A stretch of 64,000 nucleotides of DNA from Geosiphon pyriformis uo1. Lineage: Eukaryota > Fungi > Glomeromycota. Below the pieces are notes generated by a model, which was not told the origin of the DNA, searched no databases, and saw nothing but the letters and a program-made list of their open reading frames with translations. This document shows positions 62,425-64,000 of this stretch, in pieces. A program made the position numbers and the translations under genes. Positions within the stretch are counted from its first letter, which is position 1, and each line of letters begins with the position of its first letter. The DNA lies in NCBI GenBank assembly GCA_016748015.1, contig JAAOMT010000448.1:62001-126000 (forward strand), given 5' to 3'.

Positions 62425-63112
62425 TAACCTCCTTCTTAAAACTGAGCTCTGCTGAAATCCAAGTACTGTCTGTAATTTCCAAATAGTAATCCAAAATTAT
62501 TGAAGAAATTTGGTCTGAAAATTGTTGAAATTTCAGTTCTGTGAACTTTTCAATGTATTGAATCTTCAAAAGTCGTAAAATTGGGTTTTGTAGGACATTT
62601 TTACAGGTGTAGAATAGGTCATAAAGTCTAAAAGCAGCTCTGAGCTTGTAGCAACTGTTTGTTGGTCCAGCTGTTGTCTTGAATTTGTTGTGGAGTTGTT
62701 TCTGAATAGCTTTTTTTGTGAGGTTTGCTGTTGTAAGTTCCAGTTTCCATTCATAGAGTGTTTTTCCAATGTGGAAATATTTATAGATTGGAGAATATTC
62801 AGTGTTTTCCTCATTGAGACACAGTTGAAGTCTTTGTTGAATTGTAGCATTTGGTGGAATATTAATTGGAGTAAACATTAGGTTTTCTCTTAAAGCAAGC
62901 TTTAAAAGTTCTGACAGGTGAATTCCAGAATAACTTCTTGTGTTCTTCTTATATGAGTGATATTTTTGTGAATTTAGGGCTAAATTTGTAACTACTTCTG
63001 TTTGGGTATAATTAATGTGGTTTTCAGTAACAGTAATAGATAATTCGGGTATTGTTTTTAAAGCTAACATTAGTTTTTGGAATAATTGTTGAATGTTTTG
63101 AGGAATAGTCAT
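62393..63112 (-). CDS. Element E ORF3, intact 239-aa protein of unknown function, runs through the PPT into the 3' LTR
   Basis: Uninterrupted ATG-initiated ORF in the same position as, and with a similar N-terminal and central residue pattern to, ORF3 of A, B and C. Confidence 0.8.
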   Translation of the reverse strand: MTIPQNIQQLFQKLMLALKTIPELSITVTENHINYTQTEVVTNLALNSQKYHSYKKNTRSYSGIHLSELLKLALRENLMFTPINIPPNATIQQRLQLCLNEENTEYSPIYKYFHIGKTLYEWKLELTTANLTKKAIQKQLHNKFKTTAGPTNSCYKLRAAFRLYDLFYTCKNVLQNPILRLLKIQYIEKFTELKFQQFSDQISSIILDYYLEITDSTWISAELSFKKEVMLPDEIRDII

Positions 63113-63223
63113 TATAAGAGATTTGAAATAAAAGAAAATTATTTTTGGTGTATGGGTTTTTATGTTATTTTTGTTTTGATTGTTTCTAAATTATAAAAAG
63201 ATAACTATAATAATAAATTTAAT

Positions 63224-63612
63224 TTAAGTGTTCAAGTTGGGAGATTGTTCAATGACAATTATTGGTTCTAAATTTCGGAGAATATCTTCAGGATTGATTA
63301 AAGGAAAATGTGTACCAATTTGTGGAATTAATGGTTCAGGATTGTTTCTGAAATTATAGTATTTCAAATGATCTCCATGTGCAACTTTTGCTAAGATTTT
63401 GTCATTAAGTCTTAGCTTGTATGATCCATTGCCTAGGACTTCATGGATAAAGAATGGTCCATCCCATTTACTTTCAAATTTTCCACTCCATTGTTTTTCA
63501 GCTTTAGTTCTGTGTAAGAGAACTTTGTTTCCGATTTTAAATTCATTGGTGACTGGAAGCAATTTGTCATCATGTCGTTCTTTTTGTCGAGCTTAAGAGT
63601 GTTCAATATGGG
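63224..63612 (-). pseudogene. Integrase C-terminal tail (GPY/F module) of element E
   Basis: QKERHDDKL..FKIGNKVLL..KFESKWDGPFFIHEVLGNGSYKL..LEPIIVI. Confidence 0.9.
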
Positions 63613-64000
63613 TGGCTGTGGGGCAGGCTGATAATAGTTACTTTGGTATTGGAGTCTTGGTGGATAGTAAGCTGGTAGTGGTGGTTGATAATGAGATTGC
63701 TGTGGTGGAAAGTAATATTGATTACTCTTATTTTGTTGGTCTTGTTGTAGCTTTCTGCAATCTCTTTTTCAGTGGTCAAAGATTCCACAGTAATGGCAAT
63801 TCTGAGGCTGGTTATTAGAAAGTGGTGCAAAGTTATTTTAATTTCGTCTTTGGGGTGGTTGATATCTTTGGGGTTGCTGTTGTTGTTAATTGGTGAAATA
63901 GTTTTCAACCTTCTTTGTGAGTTGGTCAATTTTTTCCTCAGCTGCTGAGCTGGTTTCTCCAATTGCCAAATTTACAAGTTTTGTGCGATTAGCCTCTTCT
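63613..64000 (-). pseudogene. Gag C-terminal region of element E with CCHC knuckle
   Basis: Minus strand ~63755-63805 reads QNCHYCGIFDH*KRDCRKLQ, followed by a Q/P/Y-rich tail. Confidence 0.85.

Larger units (their letters stand above)
61446..64000 (-). mobile_element. Ty3/Gypsy element E (family 3), internally deleted, runs off the window
   Basis: 3' LTR 61446-62424, PPT AAGAAGGAGGTTA (~62425-62437), ORF3, IN tail, and a gag knuckle. Confidence 0.9.

Noticed and set aside
62393-63112. env gene call for ORF3
   Set aside because: Too short, with no visible signal peptide, fusion peptide or transmembrane anchor.

Overview
AT-rich eukaryotic window, about 95% transposon-derived. Its repeat families look like Glomeromycota, possibly Geosiphon-like; this is recognition from memory, not a search result. 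There are three retroelement nests. Nest 1: a decayed minus-strand LINE (~860-38115) is split by an old Ty3/Gypsy element A (6743-37461). A is split by element B (8228-29191), which in turn carries a solo LTR (10836-11663) and full-length element C (17221-27280). Nest 2: an old LTR next to an N-gap (41769-51041) holds element D (42424-50994), whose 5' LTR contains a solo LTR of a third family (49907-50876). Nest 3: two head-to-head LINEs, the younger interrupted by internally deleted element E (61446 to window end). Every junction visible on both sides has a 4-bp TSD. The Gypsy elements have an unusual three-ORF layout: a single-frame Gag-PR-(Cys-rich)-dUTPase-RT-RNaseH polyprotein, an apparently separate integrase ORF, and a fast-evolving, non-Env ~220-240 aa ORF3 next to the PPT. 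ORF3 type co-varies with family-specific tandem motifs in U3. The only likely host gene (39680-40349, two exons) encodes three tandem copies of a segment resembling the dynein light intermediate chain C-terminal adaptor-binding region, with no G-domain. Repeats decay almost entirely by C>T/G>A transitions, in CpG and apparently TpC contexts.
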